The notes under the pieces: model-generated
Database searches by the model: none
Seen by the model: only the letters and a program-made list of their open reading frames with translations
What the model was told of the DNA's origin: nothing
In this document: in pieces, positions 42,480 to 56,117 of the stretch
Numbering within the stretch: position 1 is the stretch's first letter
Layout: each line of letters opens with the position of its first letter
From: Eledone cirrhosa
Lineage: Eukaryota
Direction: 5' to 3'
DNA length: 64,000 bases
NCBI GenBank assembly: GCA_964016885.1
Contig: OZ024741.1
Location: forward strand, 187,488,001 to 187,552,000
Translations under genes and position numbers: made by a program

Positions 42480-42783
42480 CATGTACATAATATGAAAGAG
42501 TACTGGTGGAATGTTCCAGTAAAACCCCCAATAAAATGCAGGCATAACAGCCCAGCTATTATGATATGGGACAGGGAGAAGAAAACATGCACAGTAGTGG
42601 AAATTAGCTGCCCAGCAGATGCCAATATAATATCAAAGATTACCGAAAAGGAGAATATTTATGCAGAACTAATGAGAAATCTGCAGATACTCCACCCTGA
42701 TTACACCGTTAAGATTTATGCCTGTGATTATTGGGGCACTGGGATATGTTAGTAACTGCCTCAATACAAATCTTGAGAAGCTA
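42480..42783 (+). mobile_element. Internal duplicate of the R4/Dong endonuclease region
   Basis: Near-identical to 43586-43893; flanked by (CATA)n. Confidence 0.85.
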
Positions 42784-42881
42784 CATACATACATACATAC
42801 AAAACGTTGAAACGTAAATTATAAAACGAGAAGAACATACATACATACATACATACATACATACATACATACATACATACA

Positions 42882-42915
<34 letters not shown>

Positions 42916-42923
42916 CATACATA

Positions 42924-44222
42924 CGTTGAAACGTAAGCAGGGAGGCAGAGGCCTAACATCAGTCCAGACAACATTTGAAAGTCGCATCATATCTCAACAT
43001 CTACGAACCTCGAAGCGTAGGAGCCCGCTTCTCGAGCAAGTCTATCTGCATGAAACAGATAAAATCATGAGAGTTGGGAAGGAACTCCTCGAGAGATATT
43101 CCCTGTGTGATAATCAAAAACTCACACCCAGGGATGTCGCTCAACAGTATCGCAGTGAATCCATGGATGAAAAACCGCATGCCTATCAGCAAAAAATCAT
43201 GCATGGATATGTTGCCAGGAAGCTCCAGAGTGAGAGTAATATAGATAAGGAAAGTAGTCTATCTTGGACCAACAAACGCTATATTGGCTCCCACTTTGAA
43301 GGATACGCTTTTGCAATCCAGGAACAGGAGATTAGCACGAAATACCTGATTCACAAAAAAGATAGGGATGCTGGCAAAACACCTAGATGTGATAACAAGT
43401 GCTGACTCTACAGAACTAACATCGAGGATATCACCCATGTCATCAGCAGCTGTCCAAAGATGTCATCGCGGTACTATCTACCTATGAGGCATGATGTAGT
43501 GGCCAAAACACTGTACAGTGCAGTTCATAAAATAGATAACCCCGATAATAAACACATTAAAAGCTAAAACAATGTGGAAGACATCCATGTACATAATATG
43601 AAAGAGTACTGGTGGAATGTTCCAGTAAAAACCCCAATAAAATGCAGGCATAACAGCCCAGCTATTATGATATGGGACAGGGAGAAGAAAACATGCACAG
43701 TAGTGGAAATTAGCTGCCCAGCAGATGCCAATATAATATCAAAGATTAGTGAAAAGGAGAATATTTATGCAGAACTGAACTGATGAGAAATCTGCAGGTA
43801 CTCCACCCTGATTACACCTTCAGATTTATGCCTGTGATTATTGGGGCACTGGGATATGTTAGTAACTGCCTCAATACAAATCTTGAGAAGCTAGGCTTCA
43901 CAGGAACAGTAAGAACACAACTAGTTAGGAAGTTACAAGTACAATCCATTAATGGAACAGTAAAAACATGTAAAACATTCCAAAAATTTTGCATCTAATA
44001 ACTGCATATACACATGTACAGATACAAAGCATATACACATGCACACATACAACTCAAAACATACACATCCACATACAATAACATCCATATCTACACATGC
44101 ATGCATACATACATAATCTACCTAGTTGATGTGTAAATTCCAATGAGAGAGTCTTGTGTCTATGTTAGAAACCGACTCTCTCTCTATTGGTAAAACTTTG
44201 TGAAATTATAAAACCAGAAGAA
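42924..44222 (+). mobile_element. R4/Dong-clade RLE retrotransposon, 5'-truncated, in (CATA)n
   Basis: GGRGL...HG...FAIQEQEISTK...C..(C)...E.I.HVIS.C...RHD.VA...P.IMIWD...C.VVEISCP...K..EK...Y..L...PVIIGALG; contains stops and frameshifts. Confidence 0.85.
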
Positions 44223-44291
44223 CATACAAACATACATACATACATACATACATACATACATACATACATACATACATACATACATACATAC

Positions 44292-44322
<31 letters not shown>

Positions 44323-44562
44323 CATACATGCATAGAGCTATCCGCTGAAATGCAGGGAAGCATAACGCGGTTTATGCAACAATGATCTGTCTAGTATATA
44401 AATGACTATCATATGGTGAAGACCTACGTATAGATATCTTCGTGTGTGAGTATGTGTATGCATACATGCATGTAGGTATGTATGAATGTATACATGCATA
44501 TATATATATGTATTTATGTATGCACGTATGTGCGCGCGCCCTCTTGATTATCTGTAGACGTA

Positions 44563-44626
<64 letters not shown>

Positions 44627-44631
44627 TACGT

Positions 44632-44685
<54 letters not shown>

Positions 44686-44931
44686 GCTGTCCAGAAATAC
44701 GTATACATTTTACGGGACATCCTGTATATATACCAATATACATACATACATACATACATACAAACCCAATTATTCACTTCAACACATACAAAAAGAAACA
44801 TGTGTGTATACATATATACATACATATGTATATCTATACACAAGGGGGACATTTAGAATGTCATCAATTTGATCATGCGCAGTGAAACTTGGCAATTGGC
44901 AAAGTTTCAAAAATACTCGACACACATAGAT

Positions 44932-44996
<65 letters not shown>

Positions 44997-45038
44997 TGTA
45001 TGTATGTATGTATGTATGTGTATGTATGTGTATATATT

Positions 45039-45080
<42 letters not shown>

Positions 45081-45089
45081 TATGAGTGA

Positions 45090-45450
45090 GTGGTGGATGG
45101 GTGCTACACGAGAATGCTGAGGATGGCTCTGAACATTAATCAGTATACACTGAGGATGAAAAACTCAGAGCTTTATGGGAGCATCCCAAAAGTCACCTCA
45201 AAAGTGACACAGAGGAGACTGAGGTTGGCTGGACATGCTCACCGACATCCAGAGTTGACATTGCACTCAGTGCTCCTTTGGGAGCCCCTACATGGACACA
45301 CTGGAAGATGAAGACCAAGGTTAACGTATGTTGATGCCCTAAGGACAGACACTGGTCTGTTGGAGATGCAGGACATGGCAGCGATAATGAGGGACAGAGA
45401 CCGCTGGAGAGAACTCGTCCATGGATCTCGGGAATTTTACCCGCCTTAGA
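45090..45450 (+). mobile_element. RTE-clade LINE 3' fragment
   Basis: Near-identical to 23927-24260, with the same 3' end TTTTACCCGCCTTAGAT. Confidence 0.88.
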
Positions 45451-45463
45451 TATATATATATAT

Positions 45464-45667
45464 ACGTAGGTCCCGGGTTGAGTCGGGGATAACCACAGTA
45501 AGTAAGGTACTCAATACATGGCAGAGTAAAATTTTTTTATTTTATAGAGGGAACTTCTACAGGACTAGTACTGTTTCATTCAGATGAAATCTTCAGGAAG
45601 CTGAAGATTTCATCTGAATGAAACAGTACTAGTCCTGTAGAAGTTCCTTCTATAAAATAAAAATTAA

Positions 45668-45672
<5 letters not shown>
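45464..45672. mobile_element. Fold-back element family P3 with a hammerhead core in each arm
   Basis: Axis TCTTCAG-gaag-CTGAAGA; the arm reads CTGAAGA-tttcatctgaat-GAAACAGTACTAGTC-ctgtag. Confidence 0.85.
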
Positions 45673-45752
<80 letters not shown>

Positions 45753-45837
45753 ATATATACATGTATGTGTATATATATATATATATATATATGTATGCAT
45801 ATATTTATATATATGTATATATATATATATATTTTTA

Positions 45838-45876
<39 letters not shown>

Positions 45877-45903
45877 ATATATATATATATGTATGCATGT
45901 ATG

Positions 45904-46051
<148 letters not shown>

Positions 46052-46073
46052 TGTATATATATATATATATATA

Positions 46074-46548
46074 GTTAAAAGAATAGAGGTGTAACACACA
46101 AGTTATTATATATTGGTAAACGGAATAGAAAATGCTGACAAATTGTTCACAGTTGAAAAATGGTTTAATTAGGAATAAAAGAGTATTAGTGATTGTATGG
46201 GTTAGTATTCAGTTGTGGTTTTAAGTTTTTAAGTTTTTACCGGTTGCGCATTTCTAAATGCTTTTCAAAAATAATTTTGAGATAGAGTGTCCGTGCTGTT
46301 TGCTCTGATCAGATCAGAGCAAACAGCACGGACACTCTATCTCAAAATTATTTTTGAAAAGCATTTAGAAATGCGCAACCGGTAAAAACTTAAAAACTTA
46401 AAACCACAACTGAATACTAACCCATACAATCACTAATACTCTTTTATTCCTAATTAAACCATTTTTCAACTGTGAACAATTTGTCAGCATTTTCTATTCC
46501 GTTTACCAATATATAATAACTTGTGTGTTACACCTCTATTCTTTTAAC
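46074..46548. repeat. Perfect ~237-bp-arm palindrome in (TA)n
   Basis: Centre A at 46311 (CTCTGATC-A-GATCAGAG). A variant HHR-like TTGAAAA-gcat..atgc-GCAACCGGTA lies at 46354-46387. Confidence 0.95.
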
Positions 46549-46570
46549 TATATATATATATATATACATG

Positions 46571-46681
<111 letters not shown>

Positions 46682-46857
46682 ATATATGTATCAACATGTA
46701 AATGATGATTTTGGTGGTGGCGGTTGTGGCGGTGATGATGATGATGGTGGTGTTTATGGTGTTAGTGGTGGTGGGGATAATGGTGTTGATCTTCGTGGTG
46801 GTGAAATAGTAATAGCGGTTATGTTGTTGTTGATCATCATCATCATCGTCCTCTGCA

Positions 46858-47018
46858 TAGTAGTAGTAGCAGCAGCAGTAGCAATATTAGTAGTAGTAGT
46901 TGTTGTGGTATTAGCAGCTGCAGCAACAGTAGTGGTAGTAGTAGTAGTAGTAGCAGCAGCAGCAACAGTAGCAGTAGTAGTAGTAATAGTAGTAGTAGCA
47001 GTAGTAGTAGTAGTCGTT

Positions 47019-47097
<79 letters not shown>

Positions 47098-47158
47098 CAG
47101 CAGCAGCAGCAGCAGTGGTAGTTGTAGTAGTAGTAGTAATAGTAGTAGTAGTAGTAGT

Positions 47159-47197
<39 letters not shown>

Positions 47198-47201
47198 CGT
47201 T

Positions 47202-47244
<43 letters not shown>

Positions 47245-47270
47245 CAGCAGCAGCAGAAGCAGCAGCAGTG

Positions 47271-47365
<95 letters not shown>
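46858..47365. repeat. (GTA)/(GCA) compound microsatellite
   Basis: Directly visible. Confidence 0.95.
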
Positions 47366-47682
47366 TCTGAGGACATAAATTCCAAGTGACAATATCGATT
47401 TCTTTATGAGCAGACCACTTTAAATTGGAAATAGCGATTTCATAGTGAGCTGCTGCCACTTAAATGAACCTAAACCCATTTGATTTAATTAGCGAAGAAT
47501 ACCTAATGTATCTTCACTTAGAGAGAGTGCAGCAGATAGACTTTATTAGTTGAAGAATATAATATTATAACCAAAAAAAAGCCAGTTTTCTATCTGTACG
47601 AAGCGTTTTTAGGCAGAGTGTGGTATCTAATTTTTAAGCAGTAAACTGATTATTCTTTAAACTATTTTTCTTATATCTAGAC

Positions 47683-47867
47683 TAGGGTTTCCCAAACTTT
47701 TTCAAACGCGGGACCCTTTTTGGTTCAGAATATTTTGGGGAAATCCCAAAGTCTAATACTGTTATGTGGTCGTAATATAAATATATTCCTCTACCTTTTT
47801 CCACGGAACCCCAGACACTCGTTTGCAAAACCCTTATGTTCCGCGGAACCCTCTTTTGGAACTACTG
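47683..47867. mobile_element. hAT (Charlie-type) MITE
   Basis: Ends TAGGGTTTCCCAAA / TTTGGAACTACTG; 8-bp TSD ATCTAGAC/TTCTAGAC. Confidence 0.8.
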
Positions 47868-47929
47868 TTCTAGACAAACAGCATCAAGTGGGTGTGTAAC
47901 AGAAACAAACAAACAAAAAACTCTAGTGT

Positions 47930-48800
47930 CAATCGTTGCTCGCATTCAGTTCATAGCATGTTATGATCATGGATCGGACAACAAGGACCTTGCTTAATCC
48001 ATAGGACAGAAAACAAAATATTATAATTTGAGAAACTATGTAAACACAGAAAATGTGAAATACTGACCAAAGGTGATAAATTAACTGTGAAAGTTGATGA
48101 CAAAATGTGGTGTTGTTTGTATGAGACAATATATAACCAATCACCTTGCAAAAGATAAGTGAAGATGTCATATTTTCAACAAAAACTATTTAAATGTGAT
48201 AGTTGCATTTCCAAAACCCTGAATGAAATATTGATAACAAGAAAAGGGTTGATTCTTGTGCCTGGGAATAGAAATTGACCTGGTGTAATTGTGCCTGACA
48301 TAAATTTGTTAATCGGTATTAGATAACTGAAATTCCCTCTAGAAAGCCAATAATCTTTATGGATGAAAGTAGCTTTAACTTCCACACAACCAGCACCGGT
48401 GTCTAATCCTTGAGAAGCCAGCTTGCAATTAGAAATATTCATGGTCAAGCAGACAATAATCTTAATATTATTGCTGCTGAGTCAAGCATAAAGTAACTGG
48501 TTTTGACAGAATTTCATCCTTATGTGTACAAGACGTAGTTTGATACCTTTCATTGACATCTCACAAAATATTTTCAATGACAAGACCTTATTTCTGTATT
48601 CGAATATATTTCGTAAGCTGGATAAAACTTGAAATCCATCATACCTAACAAACTTAAAATCAGCCTGTTTTGAACAATAATAGAGCCTATCCCTCTCTGT
48701 GTTTCTGAGACTTGGATTTTCCAATCCTGTCTACAGAGCTGTTTAGATAAATGTTACACTACGCTTCTAAGAAAAGCTCAAAATATTCCTTGGCAGACCC
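47930..48800 (+). pseudogene. Degenerate Tc1/IS630-like transposase
   Basis: ITRKGLILVPGNRN at ~48234 followed by IIFMDESSFNFHT at ~48350 (first catalytic D motif of DDE_3); the rest is heavily decayed. Confidence 0.5.
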
Positions 48801-49964
48801 TGTCCCCGCTCAATGAGATATACTGAAAATTCCCAAAAGCAAGTGCATGACTGATTGAACATCGAACAACGGTTGTTGGTGACTGCTTCCGCACAAAAGA
48901 TGAGGTGGTTTCAGATCTCTTGTAGACAATCTCCTCTACCAGAAAGCTCAGATACCAGGATACCACAGAACAGACAGGAATTGACAAGGCTGACCTATAG
49001 GCCTTGATGGGGAACGGAGATTGTTGGTGTGAAGTTGTGTTTGTTGGGTGATGGATAAGAAAGGATAAGATAGGATAAGATATATGCTTATAATACACAC
49101 TGGAAGCGGAACTTTCTCAGCGAAACATTCGCATAGAAGTAGCAAATAACCCTGTGGGTGTATCGAAAGCCACCACACAGATAATACTCTCAGAAAATTA
49201 GTATTGGGTGTCTATGCCGAGCTTACCCATGAATAGGCTGGAAAGTATTTCATTGCAACTATACGATGAGATATTTTCCTTGTTGCCCGGCTGATGGAAA
49301 TTTGTAATTAACCACGAAATTCACATTATTGACTGTACAAATGATATTACAATGTTATGTATGCATGTATGGAGTGGTAGGTGCGCCGTCCTAACATATG
49401 GCGTGTCTTATGCATTTTAAACATGGCTGAGTTCAATCCTCTCAAGTCTGAACACTGCCAATTTCTTCCAGAGAATGACAGAGGGTGGGAGAGAGGATGG
49501 GAGAAAGAGATATAGAGGAAGAATCGACCCCAGTACTGGACTGCTACTTTTTATATCGCCATCAATATTTACATTTACAGTTTTTCTTGATTTCTTGCCT
49601 CTATAAAATGTAAAGAAAGGGCCTTTAATTCCTGATTGAGTCATATGGTCATGGTCCTGAAATACGGATTTTACATAATGAAATCTATACCTATTTTCAC
49701 AAGAGAAGACACCTTTCACCTACCCAAAGTGGGTGGGAGATCTCCCTGTCGGACGAGAGAGTTGACAGGTCTAGTGTGTGTGTGTTAGACGGCATAGTCT
49801 TGTGTGTGAGAATCATGATGTATGTATCAATATCCATACATAGATATGCGTGACAGCGTATGATTTTCTTTCTATGCAAGTATATATGTATGCATGCATG
49901 CATGTATATATGTATGTATACATGCATATATATATACTTGCATATATATGTATATATTTGCTCA

Positions 49965-50203
49965 CTATAAAAGCTTCACGGCACAGGCATTGCTTTATAT
50001 CTGGAGATCTCTCTGCACTTGTCGTCACATGGTACCATGGGCCCAGCACTATGTGTCAATAATTGTCACAAGTGTAGTGTTTGTACCAGAGTTTTCAAGT
50101 CGCTGGCTGGACTAAAAAGTCACACTCGTACAGCGTATCGGTAGGGGTTCTCTTACATGGATATAAAGTAGTGGCCGTACTCGAAAACGAGTTGGCAGCC
50201 ACC
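49965..50203 (+). mobile_element. LINE 3' end with C2H2 zinc finger (RTE-like)
   Basis: KCSVCTRVFKSLAGLKSHTRT at ~50070-50135, then a short tail into (TA)/(TATG)n. Confidence 0.5.
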
Positions 50204-50893
50204 ATATATGTATGTATGCACGTATGTATGTATGCATGAATGCATGTATGTATGCATGTATATATATATATGTGTATGTATGCATGTATATATGTATGTA
50301 TGTATACATGCATGCATGTATGTATGTATGTTTGTATGTATGCATGCATGTATGTATGTATAAATGGATGGGTGTATGCATAGGCACGCGTGTTGTGAAG
50401 TATGTATATGCGCACATTTCTATATGGCTTAGTGTGTGTGTATGTGTATAATAAGAGATAAGTGCATAAAGGTCCCATGCGTGAATGCGTGTGTATGTAT
50501 GTATATATGCATGTACATATGTATATGTATATACGCTCTGACGTGTGTATGTTGTGGTAGGAGTGTGTGTAATAATTACGCGCACATGTGTGTGAGTGTA
50601 ACAGGAGGTAAGGGCAGAAAGGTCGAGTTAGAGTGTTGATATCTACCCGAGGAAGGGGGCATACATAATACAACAGGAAATAGCAACCATAAACGGGTGG
50701 CGACAACGGGTGGCGCCGAATAAAGAGATAAATATCATTGAAGTGTGTTTAAGCGTGCCAGTCCATATATAGACACGTGTTGTATAGATTTATAATAGCT
50801 ATACATACATGGGGTTAAAGATATAGAGGCATGTGAACGTGTATATATACATATACTTCATACGTGTATGTGCACTATATTTGTATATATAAA

Positions 50894-50952
<59 letters not shown>

Positions 50953-50996
50953 AAATAACAGGAGGCTGGACTGGTGTAAACAACCTAAACCTAAAG

Positions 50997-51030
<34 letters not shown>

Positions 51031-51036
<6 letters not shown>

Positions 51037-51213
51037 AGATTAAGGACCCCGACGACTGAGCTCCGGCCGTTTCGATCTAGGATCTAGCTGTCGAAACGGC
51101 CGGAGGTCAGCCGTCGGGTTCCTGAATCTTTTCATATTACCCACTCTACTACCCCAAGTATCGAGTACTCTGGTGGGTTATGGTCCACTAAGTATTTTAC
51201 CACACCCTTTCCG
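51031..51213. mobile_element. Fold-back element family P1
   Basis: Inverse homologue of 14554-14750. Confidence 0.85.
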
Positions 51214-51395
51214 ATATATATATGAGATGTATTTTAATTATGTCTCATATAAAATAATACAACTGGCTATCCGCAAAATACATATAGTTAGCACCCCAAA
51301 CGTAAAATTGGGATTATACTAAGTATATCCTAATGTTTTTTGAGTGAGATGGAAGCCAGTCAGAGTATAGCTTAAAGCTTTCTCTGTTAATCTAT

Positions 51396-51431
<36 letters not shown>

Positions 51432-51437
<6 letters not shown>

Positions 51438-51718
51438 GACGAGATCTTAGATCTTCATTACATTTATTGAGGTGAACCTACAGCAACTGGATGTTACAAT
51501 CACTATATAAATATATATATAGTGATTGTAACATCCAGTTGCTGTAGGTTCACCTCAATAAATGTAATGAAGATCTAACATCTCGTCTTTTTTTTTTTAT
51601 TATTGTCCATAACTCCTATAGGTCACCTTTAGCCAAACCTCTGCGAAACGCGCGTAACGGGTTGATACACAATAAATATCTTTTATACGTAAACGAAACT
51701 TCCTCGTTTTTTTCTATT
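51432..51718. repeat. Fold-back element with ~75-bp arms and right tail
   Basis: 51432-51508 is the inverse of ~51517-51592; the tail contains CGAAACGCGCGTA. Confidence 0.8.
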
Positions 51719-51789
51719 ATATATATATATCGATATATATGTAAAGTTATATTTAAAATTGTTGGGTTACAACTAGTAAATATTTATAA

Positions 51790-52434
51790 CTGATATTAAA
51801 CATTAAAACCCACATCGCTAAATTATTTTTCAAAGCTCTTGATAATCGCTTCCCTAGAACACATAGGTACCACTCAATCTTCAATAGGCATACAATTAAA
51901 TTAACCTACTCATCCACCAAAAATTTAGCACAAAATATTAATAGAATAAATAATAGGAACTTAAAACCTACTGATAATAGCATAAATAATATACAAGTTA
52001 ACAAATGTAACTGTAGAGATAGATCTAAATGTCCGTTAAATAACAACTGCTTAGTTAAAAATATAGTATACAATTGTAATGTTAATACTGACTCTAATTC
52101 TTTTAACTACGTCGGTTCCACATCGACGGAATTTAAACTTCGCTATAATAACCACAAGAATTCTTTCACAGATCCAAATAAAAAATCTTCAACGGCACTA
52201 TCAGGTGTACTCTGGCAACTTAAGCTAGATAACGTTAGATATTCGACGGCTTGGAATATAGTCTCAAGAGGGATTCCTTTTAATTCATCCTCTGAGACAT
52301 GTGACCTCTGCGCAGAGGAGATATTCTTTATACTAAAATCTAAAAATTCCCTTAACCTACGGACAAATTTATTCAGTTGTTGCAAACATAGATTAAACTC
52401 AACGTTTAAATATAAATTTAAATTTAAAATGTAG
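51790..52434 (+). CDS. PLE RT-thumb/linker plus GIY-YIG endonuclease (partial, no ATG, 214 codons)
   Basis: NIKTHIAKLFFKALDNRFP..H...IFNRHTIKLTYS...CNCRDRSKCPLNNNCLVKNIVY...YVGST..FKLRYNNHKNSF...CDLCAEE...LN.R...CKH, stop at 52432-52434. Confidence 0.85.
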   Translation: MILNIKTHIAKLFFKALDNRFPRTHRYHSIFNRHTIKLTYSSTKNLAQNINRINNRNLKPTDNSINNIQVNKCNCRDRSKCPLNNNCLVKNIVYNCNVNTDSNSFNYVGSTSTEFKLRYNNHKNSFTDPNKKSSTALSGVLWQLKLDNVRYSTAWNIVSRGIPFNSSSETCDLCAEEIFFILKSKNSLNLRTNLFSCCKHRLNSTFKYKFKFKM

Positions 52435-53577
52435 TATATTTAGTTTGATTTATATTTATATGAGAACTAGCCGATAAATCTTTTGATTCCTAAATCTTTG
52501 ATTCCCTCTTTTTACTCTTTTTATTGTTTATTTTATTTTATTTATTTTTATTTTTATTTTTATTTTTATCTAAACATTCCTCATGAAAAATTAAGCTACC
52601 CTAAAAGCCGATGCTCCAAATTTTTTGAATTAACCTTACACTTGATAAACTTATATATTAAATATAGGAACATATGTAGACATTATTGGACATCATAATC
52701 TTTTTTGCGATATTCCTTGCTAGATGTGATTTGATAGATAATTTTTGGCTTTGTCTTGTAGTGAACTTGGCAATATATTGTCAATTAACTTTGAAGGGTT
52801 GTTCTTTGTGGTTTATTTTTATTTTCATTTTTATTTTTATTTTTATTTTTATTTTTATTTTTATTTTTATTTTTATTTTTATTTTTATTTTTATTTTTAT
52901 TTTTATTTTTATTCTTTTAGTATTGTAGTATTCTATAATATTTTTATTTTTTATTTTATTTTATTTTTATTTTTAATATTTTTATATGTAAATTTTTATT
53001 TTTAATATTTTTATATGTAAAGTTTTAATACGTAATATTTTTAATACGTAGTATTTTTAATATGCAATATTTTTATTATGTAATATTCTTTCGTAATATT
53101 CTTTTTTAGTTTTCTATTCTATATTTTTATATATTTTTACTTATTATCATTATTATTGTTATCTCTGCTTATAATATAATATATATTTTCGATTAGTATA
53201 TTGAAATCTGCTCTCTATTTCTGCTTGATAGATAATCTTGTAGAGTAATCGCAAGAATAATAATACGCTCAAATTTTAATACCACATTGAGAATGTTTTC
53301 CGGTAACTTTGAATTTGCGGAGTGAATCAGTTGGATTCACATAGACATATGAATTTTTTAAAAAACTAAACATAAGATAATGAATTTTCACGCATTGTGA
53401 ATACTTGTTTCATTCAGGAATACTGATATTTACAATATAGTGTAAGTTTTATAAATACTAATACATTAAAACATAGGGTTTTCTACGCCTCGAATATGTC
53501 TGGCTATTTTTAAATTTTTTCTCTCTCTATATCTCTCTATATCTCTCTATATATCTCCCTTACATTAATACTTGAGC

Positions 53578-53612
<35 letters not shown>

Positions 53613-53985
53613 ATGCATCATTGATACACTTACTCAAAATGACCTCCCACTACCTAATTTTTCTATATCTATATTTATATATGTATCTATCTCTATTTCC
53701 TCTCTCTCTCTCTATATATATATATCTCTCTTTCTGTCTCTTTACATGAAGCTCTTCGCTTTATCTATTTTTCCATCTCTCTATTTTGTCCCATGCATTT
53801 CTTCTTTTTCTTTTTCTTCTTTTTCTTCCTTTTCTTCGTTTTGTCTTTCTTTCTTTCTTATTTCCCTCTTTTCTCTCTCTCTTTCTTTCTCTCTGTATTT
53901 TCACTGCTAGAGTAAACCTCTTCAAATGAAGTTGATGTTTATTACGGTATGTCGAATATATTTATCTATAAAACTGTTTATATTG

Positions 53986-54051
53986 TATTTTGTCTGATGA
54001 AGGCATAGCATATTGTTAATATGATATCCCCGAAATATATATAATGAAATA
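53986..54051 (+). ncRNA. Type-I hammerhead ribozyme of the PLE
   Basis: TATTTTGT-CTGATGA...CATATT gtt AATATG...GAAA-TATATA-TA-ATGAAATA; stem I pairs with G-U wobbles. Confidence 0.7.
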
Positions 54052-54099
54052 AATATGGTTTTATAAATATAGTTTTCCATTTATTTAATATTGTATTAT

Positions 54100-54173
<74 letters not shown>

Positions 54174-54335
54174 ATAATAATAAATTTGAAGACTAAAATC
54201 CAAAGAGGGCTAGATAAGGATAAATATATATCAAATATATAGGACTTTGTTAGTTTCAGAAGATCCCGTTAAGGGTGAAAGCAGCGATTCTTTGCTTAAA
54301 CTTTAATCTGTTATTTTAATAAATATATATATATA

Positions 54336-54433
<98 letters not shown>

Positions 54434-54799
54434 TATATATATATATTTATTAAAATAACAGTAGCTTGCTTGAAGCATTGTAGAATAAGAAATTAAATTT
54501 AAATAAGTTTGAATATTTGGAAGCCTGACAATGCGTGTGAGATTAAACGTGCCAAGGTAATAGGAGTTATAAAAATATAAAAGGACTGTTATACTTACAC
54601 CTGAGCCAGAACTAGATTGCAACCGTGAAGGGACTTAGTAGATTGACCGCCACAAACACGCCAACACTAACCCCACAGACTCTAGATTAGCCGTATTGGA
54701 CATTATTCACCTTATACCAAACCCATGGCCTCCAAATACTTAGTTCACCGGAACTCAAATATCTCAAATAGTGTTAAGTTCAAAATCTTGAAGCAGACC

Positions 54800-55980
54800 T
54801 GGTATGGGTGATGAGAAGTGTGTCCCGCATGAGCGACCCAACAGAGTTAAAAAGATACATACAGAACTTTATCCACGGATGCAGTTCTCTGGTTGTAAGC
54901 AAAGAAACAGGATCAAGTTGTACAAAGGAGCCATAGCTAAATTGAAAACCATTATGAAGAATGATATGAATGATATGAATAGGATTTGCCCACTATACAG
55001 GAACAAATCATGGAATAGCATAGAGAGGAATAAGAAAAAGATATGGAAGGCCAACTTATGGTATGACAGCCAAAAATATCAGTGTTATGTTCGTCGATGC
55101 TACCCCTTGAGGCGAACTAGCGTATTGTTTTAGAAGAGCTTTAGAAAAAAAATGAATCTTAGGATTAAAGTAGTAGAAAAACTAGGAGTGACCATAAAGT
55201 CCCGGATCAGTAAGACATACACCTTTAGGAAAAACCCTGGACTGATACAAAATGTATAGTGTGTAAGATAAGCCCACAGATAAACTGTAAAACTAGAAAT
55301 GTAGTCTATAGGATAAGATGAACAGAGGGAGGATGCAGTAACAAAACAACGACGTACATTGGAAAGATAGCCCGTAGTATAGGAGAGAGATTAAAGGAAG
55401 ACTGGCAAAACTTAAGGAGGAGAAAAGCTCATCAGTGCTATAACAACATGCCAAATTAGAACACGAGGGCTCAGTAGATATCATACAAATAAAGATTCTA
55501 TCCACACATTGAACTGACGCAACACTCAGACAAATTACGGAGGCCACTCACATAATAGAAGATAATCCTAGCCTGAATAGAAAACATGAGTGGATTAGTA
55601 ACAACCCGCAGCTTAATGACTGAAGATAGAATAAAGACACAAATAAAAAAGACACGAAAAACTAACGATTCAAACCTACACACATAGACATTATAAACAG
55701 AAAATCACATACACAGAGACAGAGAGACGCAGGCGCAAATGCATGCACCATGAAACACAAAAAAACGCACCACAAAACAAAGACAAGATGGAGTAGAAGT
55801 TTAAGACCAGGAAAAAAGGAGGCACAAAATAGATAATCATTGAGGAGGTCATAGAATGTGTGACGAAAGAACTTTGATAAACAAATGAATAAAGAACAAT
55901 AAAGATAAAGTGAAAGTTATATGGTGTGCGTGTGTTTCTTTCTATTGGCAATATTGGCAACATGACCATCCCCAAATATA
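54800..55980 (+). mobile_element. Degenerate Penelope-like element (Neptune-like) C-terminus
   Basis: PLYR..W, FVDATP, IKVVEK.G, C.VC...NCKTRNVVY.I, IG..ARSIGER, QHA..EH, RQITEA...P.LNRK.EW, with frameshifts. Confidence 0.75.
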
Positions 55981-55986
55981 AAAAAC

Positions 55987-56117
<131 letters not shown>

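Larger units (their letters stand above)
51740..54100 (+). mobile_element. 5'-truncated Penelope-like element (Naiad-type) in (TA)n
   Basis: Open C-terminal frame, long AT-rich 3' region, hammerhead near the 3' end, and ATATCGATATATAT at both junctions. Confidence 0.8.

Noticed and set aside
52006-52050. Selenocysteine recoding as reported for some Naiad PLEs
   Set aside because: The linker cysteines are TGT/TGC; there is no in-frame TGA in 51790-52434.
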